From: Octopus sinensis
Lineage: Eukaryota
Assembly: GCF_006345805.1 (NCBI RefSeq)
Contig: NC_043024.1
Coordinates: 12,586,001 to 12,650,000 of the forward strand
DNA: 64,000 nucleotides
Direction of reading: 5' to 3'
The first letter of the stretch is position 1; each line of letters begins with the position of its first letter. The position numbers and the translations under genes were made by a program. Shown in pieces: positions 22,111 to 35,108 of the stretch. The notes below the pieces were generated by a model that saw only the letters and a program-made list of their open reading frames with translations, did not search any database and was not told where the DNA came from.

Positions 22111-24339
22111 TCTGTCTTTCATTGTATATACAACCCCGTGTCTTTTATATTCCTCTGTATAGTTTAAACCAACATCTTCCGTTGCTGATTGAACCTAGCA
22201 CAGTCCTGATTAGGCAGATCCGCGATGAAATGCGCTCTAACCATGACCACCCTCTCTACAACTATATTTCGCTAATGTGCTCATCCCTCTTTTATGTAGA
22301 ATATGAATCGTGGAAGCTTGTAGAATCTCGTTGTTTTTATTTAGCCCATGGTCGGCCCTCATAAAACTGACCTACGATCAAAAGCTTTCTTGTCGTGGCC
22401 ATCCCGGTTTTTGTGTTTATGTCGGACTATATTTGTCTAATAAATCTTTCTTTTAAGCTGGCAGATTATGAGGGAGATTCAGTTGCTGTCTTTTGTAGGT
22501 CAGGTAACCAGGTAGCAATCTCCCTTGGAGCCAGGTAAATTAGATGATGTTCAAAACGAATCCATTAATTATTCAAATCGAAGCTCAAACATTAAAATTC
22601 GTTGACACAAAAACAGAAATTGGTTTTCTCTTTCTTTTCGTTGTAACATATTTGAGAGAGGATAAAAAAATAATTCTCCACATTAAATATGAGATGCATG
22701 CGTTTCTTGTATGTGTGTGTGTGTGTGTGTGGGTGTGTGTGAGAGAGAGAGAGATAGAGAGAGAGTGGGGAAGAAAGGAAGGACGAAAGAGGAAGGGCGA
22801 AAGGGAGAAGAAAGCTTATTATATGAAGTTGTTTGTGTTGTAGTTGCTATTGCCACTGGTCTTGTTGTACAAGTCTTTATATAAAAAAACGAAATAATCT
22901 TCTCTTTATGTCAGTATTGATTTTCAAAAGCCAATGGGTTGAGTTCAGAATTAAAGACTTTCGATGATACTTTTTTATGGTTTTCGTTCTCTCTCTAGTT
23001 ACTTCGTGTCATTTCACTTTAACCTTATCTAGTGTTGCTGCAGAGAATCGTAGGATATTAAATTATTCCTAGTTAAATCTGCGACAAAATATTTAGCCTT
23101 CGTGTTTACTAATCACTGTTGCATCTCTGACCCGACCTTTGACATCGTAAATGGTTTTCTTTAACCCTTTCCGCAGAGACAAATAATCCGAATAAATGTT
23201 TATCTGTCGGCAAATAAGGGCATGGCACACTTACATTTAAAAACAAAAACGTTTTATGTTTGTGAGTTTTTGTCATAAAAATTACAACAAACACAAACCC
23301 AGTGAAAACATTAGTAAATATATATTTATTTTTACTCTTTAGTATTAACTGTTAATGGTCGGCACATCTATTGCTTAAACACACATATAACAGCCAGAGA
23401 ATACCAACAGAAGCTTGAGGAGAATATAAATGCAAACACCTCTAACAGTAAATTTGTATTTGCGGACAAAACGGAAAATTTATACGAGGTGAACAAGAAC
23501 ATGTAATAAATTACTAAATGACAACATAACCGAAAAAAAAAAAAACGAAAAGAGAAAGCAAAACAATGCAAAAAACATGAAGAATCACACAATGACGTAA
23601 AAATCAATAGAAAAACGAAGTGAAACAACAAAATTGAGCGAACACGAAGTGATGGTCACAGTAAGTTACAATCAAATAATCACAACGTCAGTTACGACAC
23701 ACAGCAAATGCTTGTGAAATTAGCTTCGTAAAAAGTGAGGCCTCGTCAAGCAAAAATATTAATCCTAAATAAATAAATCAAGTAAAAGCTCGATTCTAAA
23801 TGCATTAAATACCTTTACAAAAACCAAAAGCACCAAAGATATTGTAAACTGGTTTAAACAAATTGGGGAAAAAAACAAGAACAAAATCGCCGGGTGTCAA
23901 TTTATCCAGTTTGACATGGTAAAATATTACCTATTTATCATCAAAGACCTTGGCTATAAAACCGTAGAGTTCACAAGTTAGTACGCAGTCATCACATCCT
24001 ACAATCGTGAAACTGTAACACACTCTGGACGCTTACTCTGTTTTAACAACAACAAATTCGGAGTTGGAAATCTTGGCGTAGAATTATATAAAGTCACATG
24101 GCAACTCTGGAAAAAAATACAATAGACAACAATAGAGTGGAATTGTATATGGAGAATGGGTTCCAAAGGCCAGAGTGGACACACAAACGGCGTACTCAGG
24201 AAAAAAATTACTGCTAGCTTTAAAATGTTTCATCTCAGGATAATAAGAGAAACTATTCTGGTATACAAGAAATTCTTGGGTTGAACACAGTCTAACACAA
24301 TTTATTTATAAATTTATTTATAAACTGAAAAATATACTC

Positions 24340-24600
24340 TCGTATCCGGATAACTCGCCGCCAGCTTTTTTGCCGCGGGGAAATTTGCCGTAGAAAATTT
24401 CCCCGAAAACGAGGCTCACAAGAAGACTACAAACTGGATAACTTATTTTAAAGAAATTACCATTCTTTAATTGATAGGTTAGATGAAGAAGTTGGCACTT
24501 TAAGAAGAGAGCCAACTTTTTGTTCTTTTTGTAATTTATTTTTCTTTTGCGGCAAATTTTCTTATAGCAAATATATTTTTGTAGAAATTTCCTATAACCC
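24340..24600. mobile_element. Degenerate MITE with TTGCCG-GAAATTTGCCG subterminal inverted motifs
   Basis: TTTGCCGCGGGGAAATTTGCCGTAG at left; GCGGCAAATTTTC...GCAAA at right. Confidence 0.45.
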
Positions 24601-24811
24601 TTTCCCCCCCCCTCTGCTTGGAAAATAGAACTAATCTTTACTTGCAGGCACAACAGGAAATTCTTAGTGCATCATTTCGGAATAACAAATAACTCTATGG
24701 TGATATCATGAATCACGTGACATACTGCAATTTTGTTTTTTGCAAATGTGCGAATGTGTGTGAATATGCATGAGCGTCTGTGTATACACACACACACACA
24801 CACACACACAC

Positions 24812-25029
24812 AAGTGTGTATAACCATAGGTTATTATACAGTAAGAGGAAAACCAATAAGTGGTTTCCTTGCCTGCTGAATGAAGATGTCGGATCTTCAA
24901 ACCACGAAAAGTACATTCTCATACATGTATTTCTCATGGTTTGAAGATCTGGCATCTTCTTTTAGCAGGCAAGCAAACCACTTATTGGTTTTCCTTTTAC
25001 TGTATAATTACCTATGGTTATACACACTT
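24812..25029. mobile_element. 218-bp foldback element (~105-bp inverted arms, 8-nt loop), probable Tc1/mariner-type MITE
   Basis: Arms AAGTGTGTATAACCATAGG... and ...CCTATGGTTATACACACTT; about 10 differences; TA at the right flank. Confidence 0.85.
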
Positions 25030-25115
25030 ATGGATAAAAAGAATTTAAAGTCTTCGGAGAATTTTTACGCATGCTGGCCACTGGTATAAATTACCATTTT
25101 TAATAATCTTTACTC

Positions 25116-25162
<47 letters not shown>

Positions 25163-25259
25163 TTAATTTGAAGCTCCTAATAGTAACATAAGTATTTTAG
25201 TAGTGATGGTAAGGGCGGCGTTGTTGTGGTATATTCTTACTGATGGTTATGAAAACGTT

Positions 25260-25473
25260 CTTTTGTACTCTAGGCACAAGGCGCAAAATTTTTGGGGAAG
25301 CGTCCAGTCGATTAGATCGACCCCAGTACGCAACCCGTACTTAATTTATCGACCCCAAAAGGATGAAAGGCAGAGTCGACCTCGAAGGAATTTGAACTCA
25401 GAACGTAAAGACAAACGAAATACCGCTAAGCATTTCACCCGGGGTGCAAACGTTTCTGCCAGTTGGCCGCCTT
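25260..25473 (-). mobile_element. SINE family C (alternative tail)
   Basis: Family C head and central domain; tail TGTGCCTAGAGTACAAAA. Confidence 0.85.
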
Positions 25474-25491
25474 GATGGTTATAAAAATACT

Positions 25492-25722
25492 CATTTCTTT
25501 ATTGTCCACAGGGGGCTAAACATAGAGGAGACCAACAAGGAAAGGCAAAGGAATTAAATCGATTAAAACGACCTCAGTGAGTAACTGGTACTTATTTAAT
25601 CGATGCTCAAAGGATGAAAGGCAAAGTCGACCTCGACGGAATTTGAACTCAGAACATAAGACAGACGAAATGCCGCTAAGCATTTCGTCCGGCGTGCTAA
25701 CCATTCTACCAGCTCTCTACCT
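25492..25722 (-). mobile_element. SINE family C, tandem with the preceding copy
   Basis: Family C head, central domain and tail. Confidence 0.85.
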
Positions 25723-25774
25723 TAGTGTTGGTAGTAATAATGGTAGCATATACCTTATTGGTAGTAGTAGTAAT

Positions 25775-26152
25775 GGAGGAGTAATGGCCCAGTGGTTAGG
25801 GCAGTGTACTGATGGTCATAGGATCGCGGTTTCGATTCCCAGACCGGGCGTTGTAAGTGTTTATTGAGCGAAGACACCTAAAGCTCCACGAGACTCCGGC
25901 AAGGGGTGGTGGCGAACCCTGCTGTACACTTTCACCACAACTTTCTCTTACTCTTTCTTCCTGTTTCTGTTGTACCTGTATTTCAAAGGGCCAGCCTTGT
26001 CACACTCTGTGTCACGCTGAATCTCCCCGAGAACTACGTTAAGGGTTCACGTGTCTGTAGAGTGCTCAGCCACTTACACGTTAATTTCACGAGCAAGCTG
26101 TTCCGTCGATCGGATCAACTGGAAACACTCGTCGTTACCGACGGAGTGCCAC
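25775..26152 (+). mobile_element. SINE family B, full length (tail T1)
   Basis: Matches 33581-33957 over its length. Confidence 0.9.
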
Positions 26153-26154
26153 TA

Positions 26155-27320
26155 ATTAGTACTAGTAGCTGTAGTAGCGTTAATGTTAATGTAGTAGTAG
26201 TGGTAGTAATTGCAGTTGAGTTATTAGCAACAGTGGTGTTAGTCGAGTGGTGGCGTTAGTAGTGATGGTAGTAGTGGTAGTGGTGGCTTTGTTGCTAATG
26301 GCAGTAATGCTACTACTAGTGGTGGGGGGAGGGAGAGGTAGTAGTACTATCAGTATAGGCATTTGTGGTAACGACAGAGCATTAACAGTAGAGGTTAATA
26401 GATATAGTAATAGTAATAATAGTGGTGGTAGTAGTTGTAGTAGTAGTAGTAGTAGCAGCTGCAGTGATGGTGGTAGTGGTTGTGGCGGTGGTGGTGGTGT
26501 ATGTTCTATTGATTATATCTGAAGATAGTGGAAGTTGTTGACGAAAAAATATATAAAACCCGAAGAACAAGGAAATTAAAATGTCACCTTTAGAGAAATG
26601 ACATGATCATAAATATGGCGGATTTCAGATATTCTAACTCACGGCTGTCATTTTATTCTGGTGACTGGAAATGATTAAAGTTCTTCTGGTCTTCTCTTGC
26701 TATTGTAAACGTTGTTGTTGTTGTTGTTGAACTGCGGTCGATGTAGTTGTTGTCGCTGTTATTTTATACTTGTTATGTTGGTTGTTATTGTTGTTGTTGT
26801 TGTTTTGTCTTTGTTGCTACTATTGTTGTGAATGTAGTTGTAGCTGCTGCTGCTGCTGTCGTGGTTAATGTTGATGATGATGATGATGAGATTGTTACTG
26901 TTGATGTAGGTCATGGTCAAGCAAGATGGACAACATCCAAGGCCAGAACGAATGAGCAAAATAGTCAAACGCTCTTCCTGCGTTGTTGTTGTTGTTGTTG
27001 CTGTTGGCGGTGATGGTGGGTGCAGGTGGTTGTGAGAATGTTGATGGTGGCGGTGGTGATGAAGAAAGTGTAATAAAAAAAAATGAACGATAAAGGTAAC
27101 TGGAACTGATGACAGAGATGATGATGATGATGATGATGACGATAACAATGTTGATGAAAACGAGGACGTTACTGATGATAATTAAGGATATTGACCATCT
27201 GAACACGTGGGTGAGGAGTCAATTTAATCGACTAGCCCCTCCTCACAAAATTCCAGGCCTGCTCTTGTTGATGATCATAATTGTGATGATGATGATGATG
27301 ATGATGATGTATTTGTGTGT
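26155..27320. repeat. Cluster of (GTA)/(GTG)/(GTT)/(GAT) degenerate trinucleotide repeats
   Basis: Direct observation; interspersed with short unique stretches. Confidence 0.85.
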
Positions 27321-29774
27321 GTGTGTGTGTATCTTTAAACAACACGCCAAGTGAAATATTGTAAACTGAATTCTCGACATAGTATTTGGATGGTATCTGC
27401 AGAAATATTTTTTAATAAAAGCATATTTTCGGAACGTGGCGCACCCTGGTGGGCCAACTATTGGGTAGGGTGGTGGTGGACAAAATCCTTTCTTGATCAA
27501 AATCGAAGAGTAAAGAAGAAGGTGAACAGAATATACACGTCTCATATCTTCTTCTTTCCCATATGTTACAAAGATCTTAAAATTTCATCCTCATATCAAT
27601 ACATCAACATGGCGTAAGTCGGGGAAAATAAATTACGCTAAATTAAACATTTTTATAAAAGTAAAACAAATTACCACCATTTTGATCCCCCCTCACTCCG
27701 CACTTATTACGCACACACACACTTATTCCACGCATTTACACACACGCATGTATAGAATATAGTTCCCCGTGGCGGTCTGTCAAACCCGGGAAGCATGTTC
27801 ATTGTTGTCACCAGGTGGCGTTAAAGATCAGACTCAGGTCAGTTTTAACTGTCTTCCATTGTTCAGAAATTCGTTCAACTGACTTTAGTCAATTTATATA
27901 ACTTGGTTACTATTTATATTTTCTGTTTTAGGTTTTCAAAACCCGAAATGTAATATTTGTCTACCAAATGTTTGGATAACCTTAGTTGATAAATGTTGTC
28001 TAACTCAATACACAGGTGTCAATCACCTGTCTTGGGTTTAACCAAGGCTGTTAGTAAAACACACAAGAAAAAAAAACCAAACAGACACTTGTTCCATACG
28101 CCATTTAGAGGAACGGAAACCAGGACATAATTTCGAAACAAACACCTTTGAGACTCAGCTATTCCTACAACCAATTATTAACGCATAAATAAAGTCCTAC
28201 ACAACCTTATGGCCACACATACACGCACATATAAACACGGAAATGAAGTACAGACTTGAATACGTAGAGCGAAGACAGGTAGTAATTGAAGAATAGTTGT
28301 TTTTGCAGTGGTGTTCGTGTCAATCATGTGTCATGTGATTCCCGACTCTGCTTCTATTGTGTTCTTCGGTCTTATTTTAGGGAGAAACGCACCAGTATTA
28401 TTCATGGTTTGATGCGAAACAGGAAGTGAAACTTTGAATCCAGTTAAGGTTTAATGTTCGGCATCGCAATAATGAAAATGGCTTTCATAAAAGACAAATG
28501 AGAACACTTGTTGTTGTTGTTGTTATTTAACCTTCTGTCTGTCTTTAAGCAACAGAATTATGATTAAAGATCTTCCGGCTGTGACTAACCATAGAAGATC
28601 CAACAGTGTTTGTAGGACCACGCGTGTGTAAGCTTTTTATTCTTTTTTACTATTCTAAGAAAGTGCTGCGTAACTTCGGAGTTGAAGGACATTCTCACTG
28701 TTATGGTTAACAGGTTGATAGTCCTTGTAAAGTATTCTACACCGCTGTTTTTATGATTACCGAGTTTGTTTTACGAGGATTAAAGCCGTCTTTTCGCATC
28801 TTCTCTCTCTTTTACCTCTCTCTCTCTCTCTCTCTCTCTCTTTATGAATGTTGATTACCGAAGGGGCTAATGAAATAAGAAATGTGTATTAATATAGTTC
28901 ATTATACTCGTTCCTACAGAGTCTTGTGCCTATATTAGAGATAGCACTTAATTTTCCCTTGGCTTTCGTCGCAATGAAACATATAGGAGACAACTTCAGT
29001 CGAACGCGATTCAGCTCTTCTGAAGGACTCGTTAGTGTAATGTGGCCTTTCTGCAAAATGATTTATCGTGTAAATTGTTAAGCGTATTAAACTATGCAGA
29101 TGGCGATGTGGATTAGGATCAATATCGATAGATTACATCTGCTATTGATGCCTGTTTCATGACTGGTTGTTGTTAGTGGAACAATAAAAATACGCAAGAC
29201 TTTTCTCAAGTTTCAAATGTGAGATTATATTCGTTATCTACATTCCAACGATGGAGCTTTGTGTCTTTGTTAGAAACCAGTTCCTTCCTCAGAGGAAGTT
29301 ATATAATTAAAAGTAGCAGAGAACATACACACACACATACATACATACATACACATACATACATACATACACACACATATACTTACATGCACATACACAC
29401 ACACGCACACACATATATACTCAATATCATCGTAGAATTTCATGTATTGTATTTTTGTGGAATGTCTCTTGCTTGGATCTTGAGGCAAGCTACAATCGAA
29501 GATAATGATGAAACTTTCACACACAGACGCACACGCACGCACACACACACACACACACACACACAAGATTCGCGTCATAGGGTTAGATGGTGGAGCGGAA
29601 ATGAGATAAAGGGAAAAAGAAGAGAAGCATAAAGGAAAGAAGGAAGAAAATTCAAAAAAGCAAAAGACAAAAGGAAAGAAAACAAAGACCCAGAGCAGCT
29701 CACAGTAGCAAGAGACTGACTCAACAAAAAGTGAAACATTAGACACACATCTATTTGCACACGTAAAAGCATAT

Positions 29775-30250
29775 ATGTGTGTGTGAGAGAGTGTGTACGT
29801 GTGATCGTATCTGTGTGTATGCGTGTGTGTACGTGTGATCATAAGTGTGTGTGTGTGTACGTATGTTCGTATGTGTGTGTATGTGTAGTGTGTTTGTATG
29901 TGTCTGTGTGTATGTATGTTCGTATGTGCATGTGTGTGTACGTGTACGTATGTTCGTATGTGTATGTGAGTGTGTGTGTGTGTACGTGTGTTCGTATGTA
30001 TGTGTGTGTTGTGCGTGTACGTGTGATCGTATGTGTGTGTGTGTACGTATGTTCGTATGTGTGTGTGTGTGTACGTATGGTCGTATGTGTGTGTGTGTGT
30101 AGTGTGTTCGTATGTGTGTATGTATGTTCGTACGTGTACGTATGTTCGTATGTGTATGTGAGTGTGTATGTGTGTGTGTACGTGTGTGTGTGTGTGTATG
30201 TGTGTGTGTGTGTGTACGTGTGTGTGTGTATGTGTGTGTGTGTGTGTATG
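29775..30250. repeat. Cryptic (TG)n array with recurring CGTATG/GTACGT interruptions
   Basis: Direct observation. Confidence 0.95.
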
Positions 30251-30560
30251 GTCAGTCAGTATGTTTCTGTTTCGGCTTTGAAGCCTCCACGTGGTTACTA
30301 AGCAAATTTCTTAAGCACACAGCCATGGCTGAACACGTGACACATTTATTTAAAAAACAATAAACGACACAATAATGTTACGTGTCAGAGAAAGAAGAGA
30401 AAGAACAAAAAAATATTGTGTTTCAAAATATATGGCAACAGAAATTGAAACAATAATAAAAAGACAAAAAAGACAAAAAAAAACAATAACAACAAACTAA
30501 GAAAGCAATGACGTAGAGACATGACCATAAATAGAGTGAAAGTGATCTGAACAGACTTAC

Positions 30561-30660
30561 TTGTTCATAAGTGACAATACACTCTGCTATAAAAGTTGCC
30601 ACATAAAAACGTTTGAAAGCAACTCACCTGTGAAGAAAAAAGAAGAAGAAAGAGTAAAAT
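30561..30660 (-). other. Candidate recursive splice site (polypyrimidine tract-CAG|GTGAGT at 30628/30627) with a 67-nt cryptic exon ending at GTAAGT (30560)
   Basis: Minus strand: TATTAATATTTTACTCTTTCTTCTTCTTTTTTCTTCACAG|GTGAGT...GAACAA|GTAAGT. Confidence 0.45.
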
Positions 30661-30719
30661 ATTAATAGAGTCACGATTTCTTCAGCAGGAAAACAATACA
30701 CACATCTATATACGTACGT

Positions 30720-30886
30720 ACGTGTGTGTGTTTGTGTGTGTGTGTATGTGTGTGTGTGTGTTTGTGTGTGTGTGGCTGTGTGTATGTGTGTGTTTGGGTG
30801 TGTGTGTGTGTATCTGTGTGTGTATCTGTGTGTGTGTTTGTGTGTGTGTGTGTGTATCTGTGTGTGTTTGTGTGTGTGTGTGTGTA

Positions 30887-30936
<50 letters not shown>

Positions 30937-31103
30937 TGTGACTGTGAGTTTGTGTGTGTGTGTTTGTGTGTATGTGTGTGTTTGTGTGTATGTGTGTGTA
31001 TGTGTTTGTGTGTGTGTGTTTGTGTGTGTGTGTATATATGTGTGTGTGTGTGTATATATGTGTGTGTGTGTGTGTGTGTATGTGTGTGTGTGTGTATGTG
31101 TGT
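30720..31103. repeat. Long (TG)n array
   Basis: Direct observation. Confidence 0.95.
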
Positions 31104-31692
31104 AGATTTGCTGTAGAGTATAAACAGTGATTTTAATGTCGATTTTTGCGTTGTTATTTTTTCTGCTCGCAGTTTCACGAGTTCCGATATTCAAGTAACT
31201 CACTTCTGCAATACGACATAAATGTTTATAGCAATGATCATGTGCGCGGGCGAGGAGATGGGGTCATTGAACTGGAAACAAAAAGAGACAACTACAAATA
31301 TATAAACATATATGTATATATATAAATATATAGATATACATACACACATACACACACATATATATAAGCATACATATCATATACATATATTCAAAATCAC
31401 TGGTGAGCTGGCGATACCCGGATACGGTTGGGAGCTTGCCTCCCTTGTCAGTCATTCCTAAGATAAATGCTTTCTCATGGCTATGAATTGTTTTAACTCT
31501 TATTTCTAGCAATACTGGTGCTGAAAATTGCCCTTAGTCACAGTAGTGACGTATATCTATCTATCTATCTATCTATCTGTCTGTCTGTCTGTCTGATTGT
31601 CTGTCTGTCTGTCTGTCTGTCTATTTAATATTAGTCAATATAAATCTTGGTTCGTTGGTTATTTTCTCCAGGCATGATTTATGTGGGTGAGA

Positions 31693-31741
<49 letters not shown>

Positions 31742-31744
31742 GAT

Positions 31745-32313
31745 TATTCAGTTTAGGAATTAGTTCTACATGTGTCTAAGTTTTTAGTCGGTGCCCTCAT
31801 GAGAGAAAATTCGTGTTGTGCAGATGTGTTTCCCCGCTTGCTGCCTAGCGACTGGAAATCGTATAAAAAGCGTTCCTTTTCTGAACAGAGGGTTTTCGCT
31901 TCAATGAATTTCGTTTCAGGGTATTCTTCTGCTGCACGACAACGCCCGCCCTCATATCGCCAATATGACCAAGGAAGCCATTCAAACGCATGGCTGGGAA
32001 GTGGTGCCACACCCGCCGTACTCTCCTGATTTGGCACCAATGGATTTCCACCTCTTTCGATCTCTTTCAAATGCTATGCGCGGAGTTTCGTTCAATACTG
32101 ATGCCGAATTCAGAGCTTGGTTGGATCAATTTTTCAAGTCGAAATCGGGTGATTTCAACCAACGAGGGATTGAAAATCTTGTTGAACGTTGGGAAGAAGT
32201 TGTAAACAACAAGGGTGAATACATTATTGATTAATTAATTGTTATTTTTTTCATTAAACCTTTTAAAAGATTTAAATAAAAAAAACGGCGGGAACTTAGT
32301 TACGAACCCAATA
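31745..32313 (+). mobile_element. Internally deleted mariner element; right TIR intact, left TIR degenerate
   Basis: Right end AAACGGCGGGAACTTAGTTACGAACCCAA-TA; left TA-TTCAGTTTAGGAATTAGTTC matches it at 12 of 20 positions. Confidence 0.8.
31920..32234 (+). pseudogene. Mariner (DD34D) transposase C-terminal third
   Basis: GILLLHDNARPH...GWEVVPHPPYSPDLAPMDFHLF...RWEEVVNNKGEYIID*; exactly 34 residues between the second and third Asp; stop codon upstream in frame at 31905. Confidence 0.95.
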
Positions 32314-32358
32314 TATATACATGCTTGTGTGTGTGTATGTATGTAGGCATATATGAGT

Positions 32359-32390
<32 letters not shown>

Positions 32391-32852
32391 TAAAGTATAA
32401 CTTGAGTTTGGTGTCGCACCACGTATTTTGATTCGTTAAACTTTAAAAAAATAATAAAAAATACGTATCTGATGAAAAAAAAAAAAAAGGTTTCCGAAGG
32501 AGTAGATTGCAATTATTCTGACAGAATTTAGAAAATTAATGATAACTTACGCATATTGCAAATACAGAAATTATAAATTTGTCGTATGTAATTTTATTTT
32601 AAGGTAATAAATATTTTTCTTTTGAAAATTAGCATTCATTTCATCAGTTCGTATAATCAACGAGAAATTTTATAAAAGTTACATCGTAATAATTGTATGT
32701 ATGCTGCATTCCTTGTTGTGACATATTGTGTTAAGAGTATGCTTTCGAAGTTAGCCGCCATATGCCTGCCTGCCTACCTACCTACCTACCTACCTATATA
32801 CCTACCAAAATCTATCTATCTATCTCTCTGTCTATCTATCTATCTATCTATC

Positions 32853-33027
32853 TCTTTTATCTTTTACTTGTTTTAGTGATTAGACTGCGGCCATGCTAGG
32901 GCACCACTCCGAGGAATTCTAATCCACCCCAGCACTTATTTCATTTTTGATCCTGGTACTTACACTATCGGACTCTTTTGGCGAACCGCTAGAGTGTGTT
33001 GACGTAAATACATCAACAGCGGTTGTC
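32853..33027 (-). mobile_element. SINE family A 3' half, diverged
   Basis: GACTGCGGCCATGCT...CGAACCGCTA. Confidence 0.8.
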
Positions 33028-33580
33028 ACACACACACACATTACTAAACTTGCCCCAACCCCACCCCAATATACGTATGCCAGACATGTATCTTTAGTCA
33101 ACATCTTGAAAAAGATTTCAGGAACAAACAGAAAAAAGGCTACAAACTCAACCCCACCACCTTATACAAAATATATAAAAAAATTAAAAAAACTCCCTTT
33201 CTTCGAGAGACAGACATTGTTATTATCAACACCATTATCATCGGAAAGAACGTAGAAGATCAGTAAAAATGACGTTTTAAGTTCTAATCGCGTGAGAGTC
33301 AACTTCGCCTTTTATCCGTTTTGAATCGATAAATTTAAGTACGAGTCACGTACTTGGGTCGATGATATTGGCGAACAGTCTCTCCTCAGATCTGTTGACT
33401 TACGGCCTCAATCAATATTCGAAATAAAGGGAGGTAGCAGAATCGTTAGAGTGACGAAGAAAATGCTAGAATTTCTCATAGTGTTATACATTCCATGAGT
33501 TCAAATCACACCGATGTCAACTTTGCATTTCAGGCCCAAGTACCCGTTGAATCGTACTTAGTACCAGTTGAATGGTACGT

Positions 33581-33957
33581 GGAGGCGCAATGGCCCAGTG
33601 GTTAGGGCAGCGGACTCGTGGTCGTAGGATCGCGGTTTCGATTCCCAGACTGGGCGTTGTGAGTGTTTATTGAGCGAAAGCATCTAAAGCTCCACGAGGC
33701 TCCAGCAGGGGGTGGTGGTGAACCCTGCTGTATTCTTTCACCACAACTTTCACTTTCTTCCTCTCTCTGTTGTACCTGTATTTCAAAGGGGCCAGCTTTG
33801 TCACACTCTGTGTCATGCTGAATCTCCCCCGAGAACTACGTTAAGGGTACACGTGTCTGTGGAATGCTCAGCCACTTGCGGGTTAATTTCACGAGCAAGC
33901 TGTTCCGTTGATCGGATCAACTTGAACCCTCGACGTCGTAACCGACGGAGAGCCAAC
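33581..33957 (+). mobile_element. SINE family B, full length (tail T1)
   Basis: A-box TGGCCCAGTGG, B-box GTTTCGATTCC; matches 25775-26152. Confidence 0.9.
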
Positions 33958-34715
33958 ACATAAAAAAAGAAGAAAAAAACCCATTTGAATGCTAAGGTCA
34001 ATTAATGAGGACTTGAACCTTCCCATCAAATTACTGGTTTTTGTGCCAAATTTCAAACAACTGAAGACGAACAAGATTCATGGCTGTATTCCTTCTGGTC
34101 TTTTACTTTCTGAGTTCAAATTCCACCCAAGGTCGTCATTTGTCTTTGATCCTTGCGCTGTCGATAAAATAACTCTCAGTTGGACGGGTGTACTTATTTG
34201 CCCCGCCCTTCAAAATCTGTGGTTTTGTACACAAATTACAAAGACATTTCTATTATTGTTGGTGTTGTATATTTCTGGCGATCGTTTTTCCTTTCTTTAT
34301 TCTCCTTCCTACACCACACACACACAAACACACACACTTATGTATATATATTTAAGTATTCCGTATTCCGCTGCTTGAATATTTGATTTCCCCCGCCTCT
34401 TCCCCTCTCCCCCCCTCTCTCACATTTTCTTCCTTCAAGAGAAATTGAGAGGAAGCTGGCGGTTGGCCACACATTTCTTATTCATCACGAGTTGAAAATT
34501 ACTAAGAGAGGAGAGAGAGAGAGAGAGAGAGAGAAAGAGACAGTGACAAAATAAAACTGTGTGTGCGCGCGCGCGCGCGTGTGTGTGTGTGTATAAGGGA
34601 GAGATATAAAAGCCGAAAGAGAGACAGAAAGAATTAAAGAGAAGGATACATGTGTTCGTTTGTTTGAGTATGTGTGTGTGTGTGTGTATGTCTGTATGTG
34701 TGTGTATATATATTT

Positions 34716-34760
<45 letters not shown>

Positions 34761-34808
34761 GAATGAGAAGCAGGAAGAGAATATGAAAGTGATAGACAGA
34801 AGCGCATA

Positions 34809-34847
<39 letters not shown>

Positions 34848-35108
34848 ATACATACATATATATATATGTATGCGCACACACATATGTCTGTGTGTATGCA
34901 TGTATATATATATATATGAATACACACACATGTGTATGTGTTTGTATGTTAAACGTTTCTATGAGCGTGTTTTCGTATGCGTGTGTGTTATTTGTGCGTA
35001 TATAGGCAGAGAGATAGAGAGAGAGATAGCGAGAGAGGGAGAGAGAGTGAAGGAGAGTGGGAAGGAGATGCTACAATCAAATACATTCTTTTGGAAAGCT
35101 TTCTTCAG

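Noticed and set aside
23177-23261. Exon-like segment (TTTCCGCAG...TT|GTGAGT)
   Set aside because: Splice signals are good, but there is no partner exon and the peptide is unconvincing; such sites are expected by chance in this composition.
34560-34590. (CG)7 within (TG)n, also at 4410-4450: Z-DNA-prone tracts
   Set aside because: A common by-product of (CA)n mutation in this genome; nothing suggests a specific function.
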